Part shown: positions 1 to 7,846 of the stretch, in pieces
Layout of the letters: each line of letters begins with the position of its first letter
How positions within the stretch are numbered: the first letter of the stretch is position 1
Virus record (IMG/VR): IMGVR_UViG_3300028578_000002
Source: a virus
DNA length: 40,299 nt
Reading direction: 5' to 3' (one strand)
Translations under genes and position numbers: made by a program
The notes under the pieces: model-generated
Databases searched by the model: none
Told to the model about the DNA's origin: nothing
Seen by the model: only the letters and a program-made list of their open reading frames with translations

Positions 1-127
1 CGGACCGAGGAGATGATCGCGATGGCAGCGAGCACGACGAAGATGACGCCGAAGACGAACCGGTCGTCGTCGTTCACGAGCCGACCACCGGCGGGGGCAG
101 GGCGTCGCTCTTCACGGTCGACGCGGC
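1..127. repeat. Terminal direct repeat identical to 40173-40299 (circular-assembly overlap or terminal redundancy)
   Basis: Bases 1-127 read identical to 40173-40299. Coding frames run straight through the junction. Confidence 0.95.
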
Positions 128-1012
128 GCCCTCTTTCCAGTCGAGCCACTCGCCGACGTGCTTGGCGTAGAGGAAGACGCGGTGCTCGCGCTCGCCGGCC
201 TCGAGCCGGTACACGTCGTAGCCATCCGCGCGGACGTGGATCGCGCCGCACCAATCCACCACCGGCATCGGCACCTCGACGACGGCGCCAGTGTCGTCGA
301 CGCCGTCGAGCATGGTCTCGCCGTACCGGTAGCCGGCCAACTGCAACGCGGTCTCCGCGAAGATCCCCGACCGTGACGTCTTGATGTCGAGCAGGGCCCG
401 GCCGACCGGTCTGCCCGCCCACGGGGTGCCGTCGGGCCAGAGGCCGGGGAACGCGGCGAGCAGGTCGAACTTGCCCATGTACCGCCACCGGCGGTTGACG
501 ATGACGCGCTCGAGCAGGGCCTCGGTGGGGTCCCACTCCTCGAGGAACCGGAGGTAGGCCTCGACGTGGCCAGCGAGGTGCTCGGGCACGGTGATCTCTT
601 CGCCGGCGGCGAGGCGCACCGCGAGGCCGTGCACGTCGGTGCCCTTGGCGGCGGCTTCGCCGGAGTCCCGGTAGCGGAGCGCGCCGAGGATCTTGGCGAG
701 CGCGAGGCGGGGGAGGGGCTCGTTGCCGACCTTGACGGCGTGGCTCCCGCGGGTCTCGTTCCATGCGAGCAGGTCGCGGACGAGCTCGTCGGCGACGATG
801 CGGGCCTCGCCGCGGTCGTTGCGGGCGACGGTGAGGCCATTGACGACGGCGTCGGCGACGACGTTGCCGGCCCAGCCGATCAGGCCCGGCTTGGGGATGC
901 CGTTGCCCAAGATGGTGGTGACGCCGGGGACCTTCTCACCGTCGAGGTAGTAGGAGTGGCCGTTGCCGTGGCGTTGGATCCGCGTGGGCGGCGCTGGCTT
1001 GCGGGGGCTCAT
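74..1012 (-). CDS. PD-(D/E)XK (RecB/Cas4/RecE-like) exonuclease, partner of RecT
   Basis: ORF 74..1165 trimmed to ATG 1012, which forms an ATGA overlap with the upstream stop at 1009. Motifs GKFDLL, LLDIKT (D-x-K) and QLAGYRY are present. The gene sits in a recombination module with RecT. Confidence 0.8.
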   Translation of the reverse strand: MSPRKPAPPTRIQRHGNGHSYYLDGEKVPGVTTILGNGIPKPGLIGWAGNVVADAVVNGLTVARNDRGEARIVADELVRDLLAWNETRGSHAVKVGNEPLPRLALAKILGALRYRDSGEAAAKGTDVHGLAVRLAAGEEITVPEHLAGHVEAYLRFLEEWDPTEALLERVIVNRRWRYMGKFDLLAAFPGLWPDGTPWAGRPVGRALLDIKTSRSGIFAETALQLAGYRYGETMLDGVDDTGAVVEVPMPVVDWCGAIHVRADGYDVYRLEAGEREHRVFLYAKHVGEWLDWKEGAASTVKSDALPPPVVGS

Positions 1013-1674
1013 GCTCGAACCTCCATCTGCGAGAGGAGGAGATCGCGGGCGGCGACGATGCGCCGGAAGTAGTCGGGGTCGCCGCCAGCGTCGGGGTGGT
1101 GGACCTTGGCAGCCTCGCGGAAGGCGCCGTTGACCGCGCCCGGCTCGGTGAGGAGGTCCATCCACTCATCCTCTAGGTAGGGCCGAGGGTCTGCGACACC
1201 GAGCGTCTGCGCGGCCTCCTCGGCCGTCATGGTCGCGGCGCCGAGCTCGATGCCCGACGGCAGTTCGCGGTACCCGGCGTACTGCTGGCCAGCGCGGGCG
1301 ATGCCGTACCGCTCGACCTTGCGGAGGGCCTCGAGACCGAGCGCGATGGCCCGAAGGTTGGCATGCCAGCCGGGCATGCCGCCACCACCACGGAACTCGT
1401 CGGTCTCATAGACGAGGGTGCCGCGCTCCTTGGTGTCGAGGGTGACGATGACGCCGGGGTGGTCGACGCGGGCGTCTGAGCGGAGGTTGCCACCGCGGGT
1501 GTTGCCGCCGGCGGTGACGACTTGGATGCGGACCTCGCGTGCCCGGAGGTTGTCGACCTCACGGGCGAGGAGGTTGAGCGTCTGCGAGTACGTCGCGCTG
1601 AACGGTGTCCACGGACGTGCGGCGTCGGCGGGCTTCCACGCCGGATGCGGATGGCCGAGGGCCTCGAAGATCAC
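1009..1674 (-). CDS. J-domain (DnaJ-like) protein with a phage-type N-terminal domain
   Basis: C-terminus reads ...AFREAAKVHHPDAGGDPDYFRRIVAARDLL, which carries the HPD tripeptide. The GTG start forms a GTGA overlap with the upstream stop at 1671. Confidence 0.75.
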   Translation of the reverse strand: MIFEALGHPHPAWKPADAARPWTPFSATYSQTLNLLAREVDNLRAREVRIQVVTAGGNTRGGNLRSDARVDHPGVIVTLDTKERGTLVYETDEFRGGGGMPGWHANLRAIALGLEALRKVERYGIARAGQQYAGYRELPSGIELGAATMTAEEAAQTLGVADPRPYLEDEWMDLLTEPGAVNGAFREAAKVHHPDAGGDPDYFRRIVAARDLLLSQMEVRA

Positions 1675-2936
1675 GTCGTCGGCTCCTTCTCGAGCTCGGC
1701 GATGCGGGCGAGGATGACGTCGGTGGCGCCCTTGCGGGTCTTGAGCCCGCGGCCGCGGCCGCGCTTCTCGGCCTCGAGGACCCGACGAGCGTGCGCGAGG
1801 TCGGTGATGCCGGCGACGTTGAGCCGGACGATGTCGAGGTCGGTGTCGACGAGCGTGTAGTCGTCGGGCGTCGGCTCGAGGTCGGGGCCCTCATCGGACG
1901 CCGGTGCGGGGGCTTCGCCTAGCGGTGCGCCGGCGAGCCCGGTGTTGGCGGGGAGGTCCTCACCGGGCAGTGGCGGCAGGTCCGTCCCACCGAGCGGGGC
2001 GCCGGGGAGATCGTCGTCGCGGCCCTTGTAGAGCATCTCGGAGCCGTCGTCGGTCACGGCGTAGATCCGCACGGCGGCATCGACGGCGGGCCCGAGCGAC
2101 GACGACGGTGACGCCGGGGCCTTGGCGGCGTCGACCTCGATGACGGAGCCGTCGGCCATCTCGCACCGGTAGTACGCGATGGTCGGCTCGACGTCGACGT
2201 CCACCGAGGCGGCGGCCTCGTCGGCCTCGGCGGCGTGCTCCATCTCGAGGAGCCGGGCGGCCTGCTGGTCGTCGGTCCACTGCTCGATGACCTCGCCGGT
2301 CTCGGCGTTGAGGACCTCGCGCACGTACACCGTCGCGACGCCACCGTCGTCACCGTCGACCTCGAAGACCTGGCCCGCGGCGGGCTTGGTCTCGTCGGGG
2401 TCGAAGTCGTCGGGCCAGAGCTCGCGCGCCCCGTCGGAGTAGACGACCACGACGGGCGTGAGGCGCTCGTCGGTGAGCGCCGCGGCGGGGTCACCACGGA
2501 GCTCAGCGAGCTCGGCCGGGGTGAGCACGGTGCCGTCCCCGGTGGTCGCACGCGTGGTGCCCTCGTCCTCGAGGGGGAGGGGCTGGCGGCCGAGGCGCTC
2601 GTCGTCGGCCTCCCGGTAGGCCTGGCGCACCGTGGACAACAGGCGCACGCCGGCGGCGCCTTCGACCTCGAACGAGTCCGACACCGAGAAGGTCTCCTTG
2701 TAGGCGAGCCCATCCGCGGTCTGGCGGTGCCCGGCCTCGTCGCAGCGGACCTCGACGACGAGCACGACGCGCTCGCCGATCTCGTGGAGCCGGGCGATGT
2801 TGTCGGCCTTGTGCCCGCCGACGGTGTTGACCCGGGACCCGGGCTTGCGGCCGTGGTACTCGGGGAGCTCGAGGCCGGGCAGGGTGGGGGCCCGGGTGAC
2901 CTCGACGTCGTCGGTGCTGGTGGTGTCCTCGGCCAC
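1671..2936 (-). CDS. Hypothetical acidic 421-aa early protein
   Basis: AGGAGG lies 8 nt upstream of GTG 2936. Third codon positions are G/C-rich throughout. The basic C-terminal tail (RRVLEAEKRGRGRGLKTRKGATDVILARIAEL) looks like a helix-extended-helix. No catalytic motif recognised. Confidence 0.7.
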   Translation of the reverse strand: MAEDTTSTDDVEVTRAPTLPGLELPEYHGRKPGSRVNTVGGHKADNIARLHEIGERVVLVVEVRCDEAGHRQTADGLAYKETFSVSDSFEVEGAAGVRLLSTVRQAYREADDERLGRQPLPLEDEGTTRATTGDGTVLTPAELAELRGDPAAALTDERLTPVVVVYSDGARELWPDDFDPDETKPAAGQVFEVDGDDGGVATVYVREVLNAETGEVIEQWTDDQQAARLLEMEHAAEADEAAASVDVDVEPTIAYYRCEMADGSVIEVDAAKAPASPSSSLGPAVDAAVRIYAVTDDGSEMLYKGRDDDLPGAPLGGTDLPPLPGEDLPANTGLAGAPLGEAPAPASDEGPDLEPTPDDYTLVDTDLDIVRLNVAGITDLAHARRVLEAEKRGRGRGLKTRKGATDVILARIAELEKEPTT

Positions 2937-2947
2937 GGGTGGGCCTC

Positions 2948-3202
2948 CTATCGGTGGTTGTTGGCTGCGATCTGTTGGGCGCGCTGGCGGGTGACGCCGA
3001 GCAGGGCGCCGATGTCTTCCCAGGTCCAGCCGTCATCGGCGAGCTCGCGCACGGCTTCGGCGCGCGCCGCGCGGATGCGGGCGGCGACGTCGTCGGTGTT
3101 GCGTTGGATCGTGTCCAGTGCGGCGAGTCGCCGCTCGGGGTCGGCGATGCTGAGGGCCGTCTCGAGACGGACAGCGCCGCGCCTCTCGGGCGTCGGGGTC
3201 AT
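2948..3202 (-). CDS. Small coiled-coil + helix-turn-helix DNA-binding protein, first gene of the early arm
   Basis: ORF trimmed to ATG 3202 with AGGAG 8 nt upstream. HTH-like WTWEDIGALLGVTRQRAQQI. It lies directly downstream of a sigma70-like promoter. Confidence 0.7.
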   Translation of the reverse strand: MTPTPERRGAVRLETALSIADPERRLAALDTIQRNTDDVAARIRAARAEAVRELADDGWTWEDIGALLGVTRQRAQQIAANNHR

Positions 3203-3245
3203 GGGTTCGGCTCCTGGTGGAAGGCCGGGGCGTCGTGCGCTGGGC

Positions 3246-3275
3246 AACGTAACCGGCCCTTGACGTCAGTGTCAA
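3246..3275 (-). promoter_or_regulatory. Candidate sigma70-type promoter for the early (minus) arm
   Basis: On the minus strand, TTGACA (3275..3270) is followed by an 18-nt spacer and TACGTT (3251..3246). This is about 45 nt upstream of ATG 3202. Confidence 0.45.
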
Positions 3276-3278
3276 GGG
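3257..3278. promoter_or_regulatory. Perfect 8-bp-arm palindrome (operator-like) in the divergent intergenic region
   Basis: CCCTTGAC-GTCAGT-GTCAAGGG read directly. It overlaps the -35 of the minus promoter and a TTGACG on the plus strand. Confidence 0.5.
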
Positions 3279-3296
3279 GGTGTTTCACTACAGCCC

Positions 3297-3614
3297 GTGG
3301 CCGACCAGACCGAACCGCCGACCGTTGGCGAAGATGTGGCGTACCGAGTGACGCCTGATTGGTCGGAGAAGGACCGCCTCTGTGCTCGCTGCCTGCGCCC
3401 GATGGCGACCGATGACGATGACCTACGGCACGACGCCGAGTACGGCGACTCCATCTGCGGCGAGCCTGGGTGCTGGTGCGAGACCCTGTGCTGGGAGGCC
3501 AACTTCTCAGGCGACTGCATTGGGACCGACCTACCCGATGACGACGACCTGGCTCTGCTGGTCATTGTCCGCGGCCTGCAAGAGGCACTTTCTGACAGAG
3601 AAGCGCCCCGGTGA
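3297..3614 (+). CDS. Hypothetical Cys-rich acidic protein (105 aa)
   Basis: Plus-strand ORF with a GTG start. Cys pattern CxxC...CGEPGCWCETLC...C. It uses noticeably more A/T-ending codons than the bulk genome. Confidence 0.55.
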   Translation: MADQTEPPTVGEDVAYRVTPDWSEKDRLCARCLRPMATDDDDLRHDAEYGDSICGEPGCWCETLCWEANFSGDCIGTDLPDDDDLALLVIVRGLQEALSDREAPR

Positions 3615-3679
3615 GCACCGTCGTCGTGCTCCTCATCCTGCTCGTCGTCGGTGTCCTCGCCGGGCGGTTCCTACTGTGA
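3611..3679 (+). CDS. Possible 22-aa hydrophobic peptide (VSTVVVLLILLVVGVLAGRFLL)
   Basis: Bridges two plus-strand genes with GTGA overlaps at both ends (3611-3614 and 3676-3679). It is too short to judge. Confidence 0.3.
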   Translation: MSTVVVLLILLVVGVLAGRFLL

Positions 3680-3990
3680 CGCCGCGCGACCGCATCGACG
3701 CCGTCCGCGCCGCGCACCGCGCCGCGGAGAACGCCTACCGGCGATCCACCCGCCAGACCGGCCACGGCCACGCGCCAACGCGCAACGCCAAGGCCGAGGG
3801 CCTCGCTGAGGCGCTGGCCATCCTCGAGGGGGTCGACGTGGTCGAGGTCCGGGCCCGGGTCCGTGACGAGCTCGACCGCGAGCACGGCGACGGGATGACC
3901 GGGGTGTCGGCCGCCCGGGCGGCGCTGGCCGCCGGTGCCGTGGCGGAGGTGGCCAAGGGGATGGGCGGCAGCCGCTTCGACGTCTGCTGA
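3676..3990 (+). CDS. Hypothetical protein (104 aa)
   Basis: ORF 3382..3990 trimmed to GTG 3676 (GTGA coupling). The sequence downstream of that point looks like a helical, Ala/Arg/Glu-rich protein. Confidence 0.5.
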   Translation: MTPRDRIDAVRAAHRAAENAYRRSTRQTGHGHAPTRNAKAEGLAEALAILEGVDVVEVRARVRDELDREHGDGMTGVSAARAALAAGAVAEVAKGMGGSRFDVC

Positions 3991-4038
3991 AAACCGGGAT
4001 TCTCGGATCGCCACGAGACCCGGCCAGAAGCCCGCCTA

Positions 4039-4063
4039 AGGGCCTCGAGGCCTCCGGGGCCCT
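4039..4063. terminator. Overlapping GC palindromes between convergent units (possible bidirectional terminator)
   Basis: AGGGCC...GGCCCT arms enclose the palindrome GGCCTCGAGGCC. The site lies between the plus stop at 3990 and the minus stop at 4062. No U-tract. Confidence 0.25.
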
Positions 4064-4361
4064 AGGGCGTGGCCGGTGGGTCCTGGCGGGCAGGAGGATC
4101 CCACGCGGCGGGCGCTGGCGGCGTGCCCTCGAGCGCCCCTACGTAGCGGGCGACCTCGACGTCCTCGTCGGCGGAGACCCGGGACCGGGACGCGAGCCGG
4201 ACGACCCATGCGACCCATCCGGTGACCGCGGCCATGACCAGGGGGGAGGGGTCGGCGATGGCGACGGTGGAGACCACGGCGCCGCCGAGCATGACGGGCT
4301 CCCGGGCGAGGGCCGCGAGGAGCCGAGCACCGAGAGATGGCCGCGTCGGCGTGGGTGTCAT
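4062..4361 (-). CDS. Two-TM membrane protein, holin-like (last gene of the late arm)
   Basis: Hydrophobic segments VMLGGAVVSTVAIA and LVMAAVTGWVAWVV. ATGA coupling to the upstream gene. Located in the lysis cassette. Confidence 0.6.
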   Translation of the reverse strand: MTPTPTRPSLGARLLAALAREPVMLGGAVVSTVAIADPSPLVMAAVTGWVAWVVRLASRSRVSADEDVEVARYVGALEGTPPAPAAWDPPARQDPPATP

Positions 4362-4858
4362 CCGGTGCCGCCGGGTGTTGCGCTGGCGATGACCTCTTCG
4401 GGGGTGGGCACCGGCAGGGCCGGGTTCAACTGCACGAGGGGCGGGTTCACGCCGGCCTGCTCGAGCATGATGCCCATGACGGTGACGTAAACGACGGCCT
4501 GGTCGATCACGATCTGCTGCGCGTCGATGGTCTCATCTCGGGCGGTGAGGTCGCCGGCGACGACGTCGTTGGTGTCCGTGGCGACAGTCCTGGTGGCGAC
4601 GGCGACGTCCTCGAGCCGGTCGAGACCCTCGAACAGGGCGAGGAGCCCGATGGTGAACACGGCGACGACGGTGACAAGGAACCCGACGATCGTGACGACC
4701 GCCCACCGGGGCAGCGTGGATGCTCCTTGCACGAGCTCCTTGTGCTTGGCCTCGAGCTCGTCCTCGCGGGCATCAGCGTCGACGGGGCGGCCGTGCATCA
4801 TGTTCGCGTGGCGGCGGTCGACGTCGTCCTCTTGGGCTTGGGTCGGTTCGTCGTTCAT
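4358..4858 (-). CDS. Single-TM membrane protein of the lysis cassette
   Basis: Acidic N-terminus followed by the TM segment WAVVTIVGFLVTVVAVFTIGLLALF. ATGA coupling at both ends. Confidence 0.6.
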   Translation of the reverse strand: MNDEPTQAQEDDVDRRHANMMHGRPVDADAREDELEAKHKELVQGASTLPRWAVVTIVGFLVTVVAVFTIGLLALFEGLDRLEDVAVATRTVATDTNDVVAGDLTARDETIDAQQIVIDQAVVYVTVMGIMLEQAGVNPPLVQLNPALPVPTPEEVIASATPGGTG

Positions 4859-5148
4859 CCTGCGGCCTCTAGCTCTCTGACTCGGGCGCTGAGCCTGGTG
4901 ACTTCGGCGTCGAGGTCAGCAGTCGCGCGGCGTTGGGTAGCGAGATCGGCCTTGCATTGCTCGTGCTCTCGGTGGCTCGCATCCGCAGTGGCGCGGAGCT
5001 CCTTGCGCATCTCCCGTGCCTCTTCCCAAAGGGTCTCGGCTTCGGACGTGACGATGCGCCCGGACTTGGTTCGCCGCGCGACGAGCCACGTGACGAGCGC
5101 GCCGAGGGCGACGCCGATGAACCCGAGGACTACAGCGAGGGTGGTCAC
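4855..5148 (-). CDS. N-terminal TM + coiled-coil protein (holin/spanin-like)
   Basis: TM segment TLAVVLGFIGVALGALVTWLV followed by a charged helical region. GTG start 7 nt after the endolysin stop. Confidence 0.6.
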   Translation of the reverse strand: MTTLAVVLGFIGVALGALVTWLVARRTKSGRIVTSEAETLWEEAREMRKELRATADASHREHEQCKADLATQRRATADLDAEVTRLSARVRELEAAG

Positions 5149-5154
5149 CCCGGG

Positions 5155-5865
5155 TCAGATGCCGACGAGCGCTGACCACGTCTTCGGGCCGCACTCCCCG
5201 TCGGGCTTGAGCTTGGCCCGGCCCTGCCATGCCCGGAGCCCGCGGTCGGTGGCCGCGCCGAAGTCGCCGTCGACCTTGACCGGCTCGCCGTTGGCGACGA
5301 GGAGGCCCTGCATGTTGCGGACGTACTGGCCGGTGGCGCCCTTGCGGAGGACCGGGAGGGCCATGACTCGCTCCTTGAAGTTGTCGGGGCCCGGCGCGGG
5401 CGACGGGGTCGGGGTGGGTGCGGGTGTCGAGGGAACGTCAGCGATCCCCCATGAGGCGGCGGAGTCGTAGGTCGGGCCGGGTTCGCAGTCCGAGCCGCGC
5501 CCGACCCCGGTGTGTGTGTGGCCTCGGTGCTTGTTCGAGCCCTTGTACTCGCGCCAGAGCCAGCCCGTCGCGCGGCTGGCGACGCGGCCGTCGGAGATCT
5601 CGTAGTCGTAGTCGGGGTGGCCGTGTCCCATGCGGGCGAGACCGACCCGGATGTCGGCGTGAGCGTGGGCGTCGTAGCCGCCCGCGGGATCGTGGGTGAG
5701 GTCGAGCGCGCAGACGACGCCGGCGTCGTTCTTGTTGTGCCGCGAGCACCGCGAGGCGTGGGCCGGGTCACCGATCGTGCCGTCGCTGGCCCGGGACCGG
5801 CCCGGTGCCTTGGCGTTGACCTCGGCGCGCAGCCGGGTCAGCGAACCGGCGAGACGCCACGCCAT
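5155..5865 (-). CDS. Endolysin: zinc-peptidase-like catalytic domain + PG_binding_1 domain
   Basis: N-terminal SDGTIGDPAHASRCSRHNKNDAGVVCALD...HRGHTH fits a VanY/M15-type H..D..H pattern. After a Pro/Thr linker, the C-terminal GATGQYVRNMQGLL...VDGDFGAATDRGLRAWQ...GECGPKTWSAL is a peptidoglycan-binding repeat. Confidence 0.75.
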   Translation of the reverse strand: MAWRLAGSLTRLRAEVNAKAPGRSRASDGTIGDPAHASRCSRHNKNDAGVVCALDLTHDPAGGYDAHAHADIRVGLARMGHGHPDYDYEISDGRVASRATGWLWREYKGSNKHRGHTHTGVGRGSDCEPGPTYDSAASWGIADVPSTPAPTPTPSPAPGPDNFKERVMALPVLRKGATGQYVRNMQGLLVANGEPVKVDGDFGAATDRGLRAWQGRAKLKPDGECGPKTWSALVGI

Positions 5866-5867
5866 CG

Positions 5868-6041
5868 CTACTTGCCCTCCTGTGCGGCGAGCTCGACGGC
5901 GAGGTCGAGGGTGCCCTTGAGGAGCTCGTCGGTGGCGGCGTCGGCGTCGGGGAGAGCCTCGCCGATCAGGTCCTCGGTGAGCTCGTCCTCGTCCTCGGTG
6001 GCGACGTAGTCGTCGTGGTCGTCCTGGTCGTCGGGTGCCAT
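5868..6041 (-). CDS. Hyper-acidic 57-aa protein
   Basis: ORF trimmed to ATG 6041. 21 of 57 residues are D/E. The start is preceded by a TAGCGT start-abutting motif. Confidence 0.6.
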   Translation of the reverse strand: MAPDDQDDHDDYVATEDEDELTEDLIGEALPDADAATDELLKGTLDLAVELAAQEGK

Positions 6042-6062
6042 GGCCACCACGCTACGGCGTGG
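6042..6062 (-). promoter_or_regulatory. Start-abutting motif copy B1 (CCACGCCG TAGCGT GGTGGCC | ATG)
   Basis: Read on the minus strand. The TANNNT-like hexamer lies 7 nt from ATG 6041, with no Shine-Dalgarno. Confidence 0.45.
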
Positions 6063-6081
6063 AGCAGCGGGGCCGCCGGAT

Positions 6082-7257
6082 CTAGTTGCGCTCGAGGTAC
6101 GAGACGCGCTGGTCAAGCCCGACGACGCGCCGGAGCAGACCCGAGCTCGGGGCGTCGACGTCGACGGTGACGAGCTCGATGCCGTTGGCCGTGGGGGTGA
6201 TGGTCATGCGCTCGACGATGAGGTCCTCGTCGACGTCGACGCGGCCCGAGCGGATGTGAACCCGGGTGGTGTGCCCTACCCACAGGTGGCCGGGGCCCTG
6301 CCACCAACCGGGCCGGAGCGTGAGCGTGTAGGCGGGGCGGATGACGCCGCGCCGGTCATGTTCGCCGGACACCGCGGCGGCGAGGGTGGAGTAGCCGTTG
6401 ACGTTGGAGAAGCCGACCTGTGCTTCCCATCGACCTTCGGGCCGGGTGGCGAGGTCGTCGACGGAGACGGTGCGGGCGATGCCGGAGTCCGACGAGCCGT
6501 TGCCGCGGATGACGTTGGCGTAGGTGCCGGCCTCGACGGTGCGCTTGACCTTGGTGACGTTGTCGCCGTACTTGAGGACGGTGGTGACCGGCGTGCGCCG
6601 GCCTCGGTGGTAGAGGTTCAAGACGAGGTCGCCGGTGATCTCCCACTCGAACCCGGTGACGGGGTAGGCGGTGTTCGCGATGGTGTCGATCGCGGCGGCA
6701 ATGGTGGTGCCGGGTGAGAGCTCGAGGTCGCGGACCTTGCGGCCGGCGGGGAACCCGGCGCCGAGGGTGATGCCGAGGTCGCCGTAGGGCCGGCTCTGCG
6801 TGAGCTCGACGAGCGCGGCGACGACGTCGCCGACGTCACCGGTGATGGGCCCGGCGGTGAGAAGGTCGTTGTCGTAGAGGATCCGCCCTTGGAGCACAGC
6901 GCGGTAGTCACCGAACGAGAGCGCGAGCGCGTGGCGGGCGCCGTCGATGTCGTCGCCGTTGGGACCGAGCCGTCCCCGGAAGACCTTGACGTCGTCGCGC
7001 CAGGCGTGGGCGTCGCTGACGAGGTCAACGAACCGGCCAGCGATGGGCGCGCGCCCGTCGATGGATCCTTCGAGAGTGGCGCTCGACGTGCGGTTGACGG
7101 TGAGCCGCGCGTCGCGGAGCTCGACGAGGTCACGCGGGCCGTCGGTCCATGCGCCTACCGCGAACGACCACCGGGTTCGCCTTGGCGCCGACGGGACGAG
7201 ATCCTGGCCACCGAACCGACCGGAGCCGAACGTGCCCTCACCGAAACTACGGACCAT
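6082..7257 (-). CDS. Minor tail protein, Tal/baseplate-hub-like (391 aa)
   Basis: Position downstream of the tape measure and Dit genes, and size. No lytic domain recognised. Confidence 0.55.
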   Translation of the reverse strand: MVRSFGEGTFGSGRFGGQDLVPSAPRRTRWSFAVGAWTDGPRDLVELRDARLTVNRTSSATLEGSIDGRAPIAGRFVDLVSDAHAWRDDVKVFRGRLGPNGDDIDGARHALALSFGDYRAVLQGRILYDNDLLTAGPITGDVGDVVAALVELTQSRPYGDLGITLGAGFPAGRKVRDLELSPGTTIAAAIDTIANTAYPVTGFEWEITGDLVLNLYHRGRRTPVTTVLKYGDNVTKVKRTVEAGTYANVIRGNGSSDSGIARTVSVDDLATRPEGRWEAQVGFSNVNGYSTLAAAVSGEHDRRGVIRPAYTLTLRPGWWQGPGHLWVGHTTRVHIRSGRVDVDEDLIVERMTITPTANGIELVTVDVDAPSSGLLRRVVGLDQRVSYLERN

Positions 7258-7828
7258 CGGGCGGCCCGAGGTTCTTGACCGACAGAGTCCACGTCCGCGT
7301 TGCGTTGTTGTGGACGGTGAGCGTGCTCGCCGCGACCGCGGCCATGAGGAACGTGATGGTCACCTCTCCGGCGTCGAGGTCGCCGGGCTGCACGGAGTGG
7401 TGGAACTTCCCGAACAGGACCGTGGCGGCGGTGCCGAGGCCGCCGCTTCGGAGGTCCCCTTCGGACTCGCCGATGCCCACGCCGGCGGCGGCGAACCGGC
7501 CCCGTGCGCCGCCACTGGTGATGGATGAGACCATGGACCCGAAGAACTCGCATTCGAGCACGTCGCCGACCACGGCCGCGATGGCAACACTCGCTCCGGT
7601 GAGGGGGGTGGTCGGTGGGCTCGCGATGCTCGCCGTCGTGAAGTTGCCGGTGCGGTCGCCCTTGGTGATGGCGAACGTCCACGGAGGCTCCGGCGGCGGG
7701 AGCGCGTCGAGCGCGTCCTGCAAGTAGTTGACCGCGACGGCGAGCGCGTTGTGCCGGTCCGGGTGCTCGTTCTCTTGGAGGAGCGCGTTGGTGGCGTCGG
7801 TGGCGGCCGGGTAACCGGGGAAAGGCAT
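7247..7828 (-). CDS. Minor tail / fibre-like beta-rich protein (193 aa)
   Basis: AGGAG lies 7 nt upstream of ATG 7828. A short helical N-terminus (NALAVAVNYLQDALDAL) is followed by a beta-rich body. The gene sits between the Dit-like and Tal-like genes. Confidence 0.55.
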   Translation of the reverse strand: MPFPGYPAATDATNALLQENEHPDRHNALAVAVNYLQDALDALPPPEPPWTFAITKGDRTGNFTTASIASPPTTPLTGASVAIAAVVGDVLECEFFGSMVSSITSGGARGRFAAAGVGIGESEGDLRSGGLGTAATVLFGKFHHSVQPGDLDAGEVTITFLMAAVAASTLTVHNNATRTWTLSVKNLGPPDGP

Positions 7829-7846
7829 GGACGTGCTCCTAGGTCG

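Noticed and set aside
1-127. Terminal repeat as attL/attR, an LTR or a biological direct terminal repeat
   Set aside because: Both copies are exactly identical and lie inside an operon, cutting through genes. There is no integrase and there are no host flanks. An assembly overlap of a circular or permuted genome is the simpler reading, although true termini were not determined.
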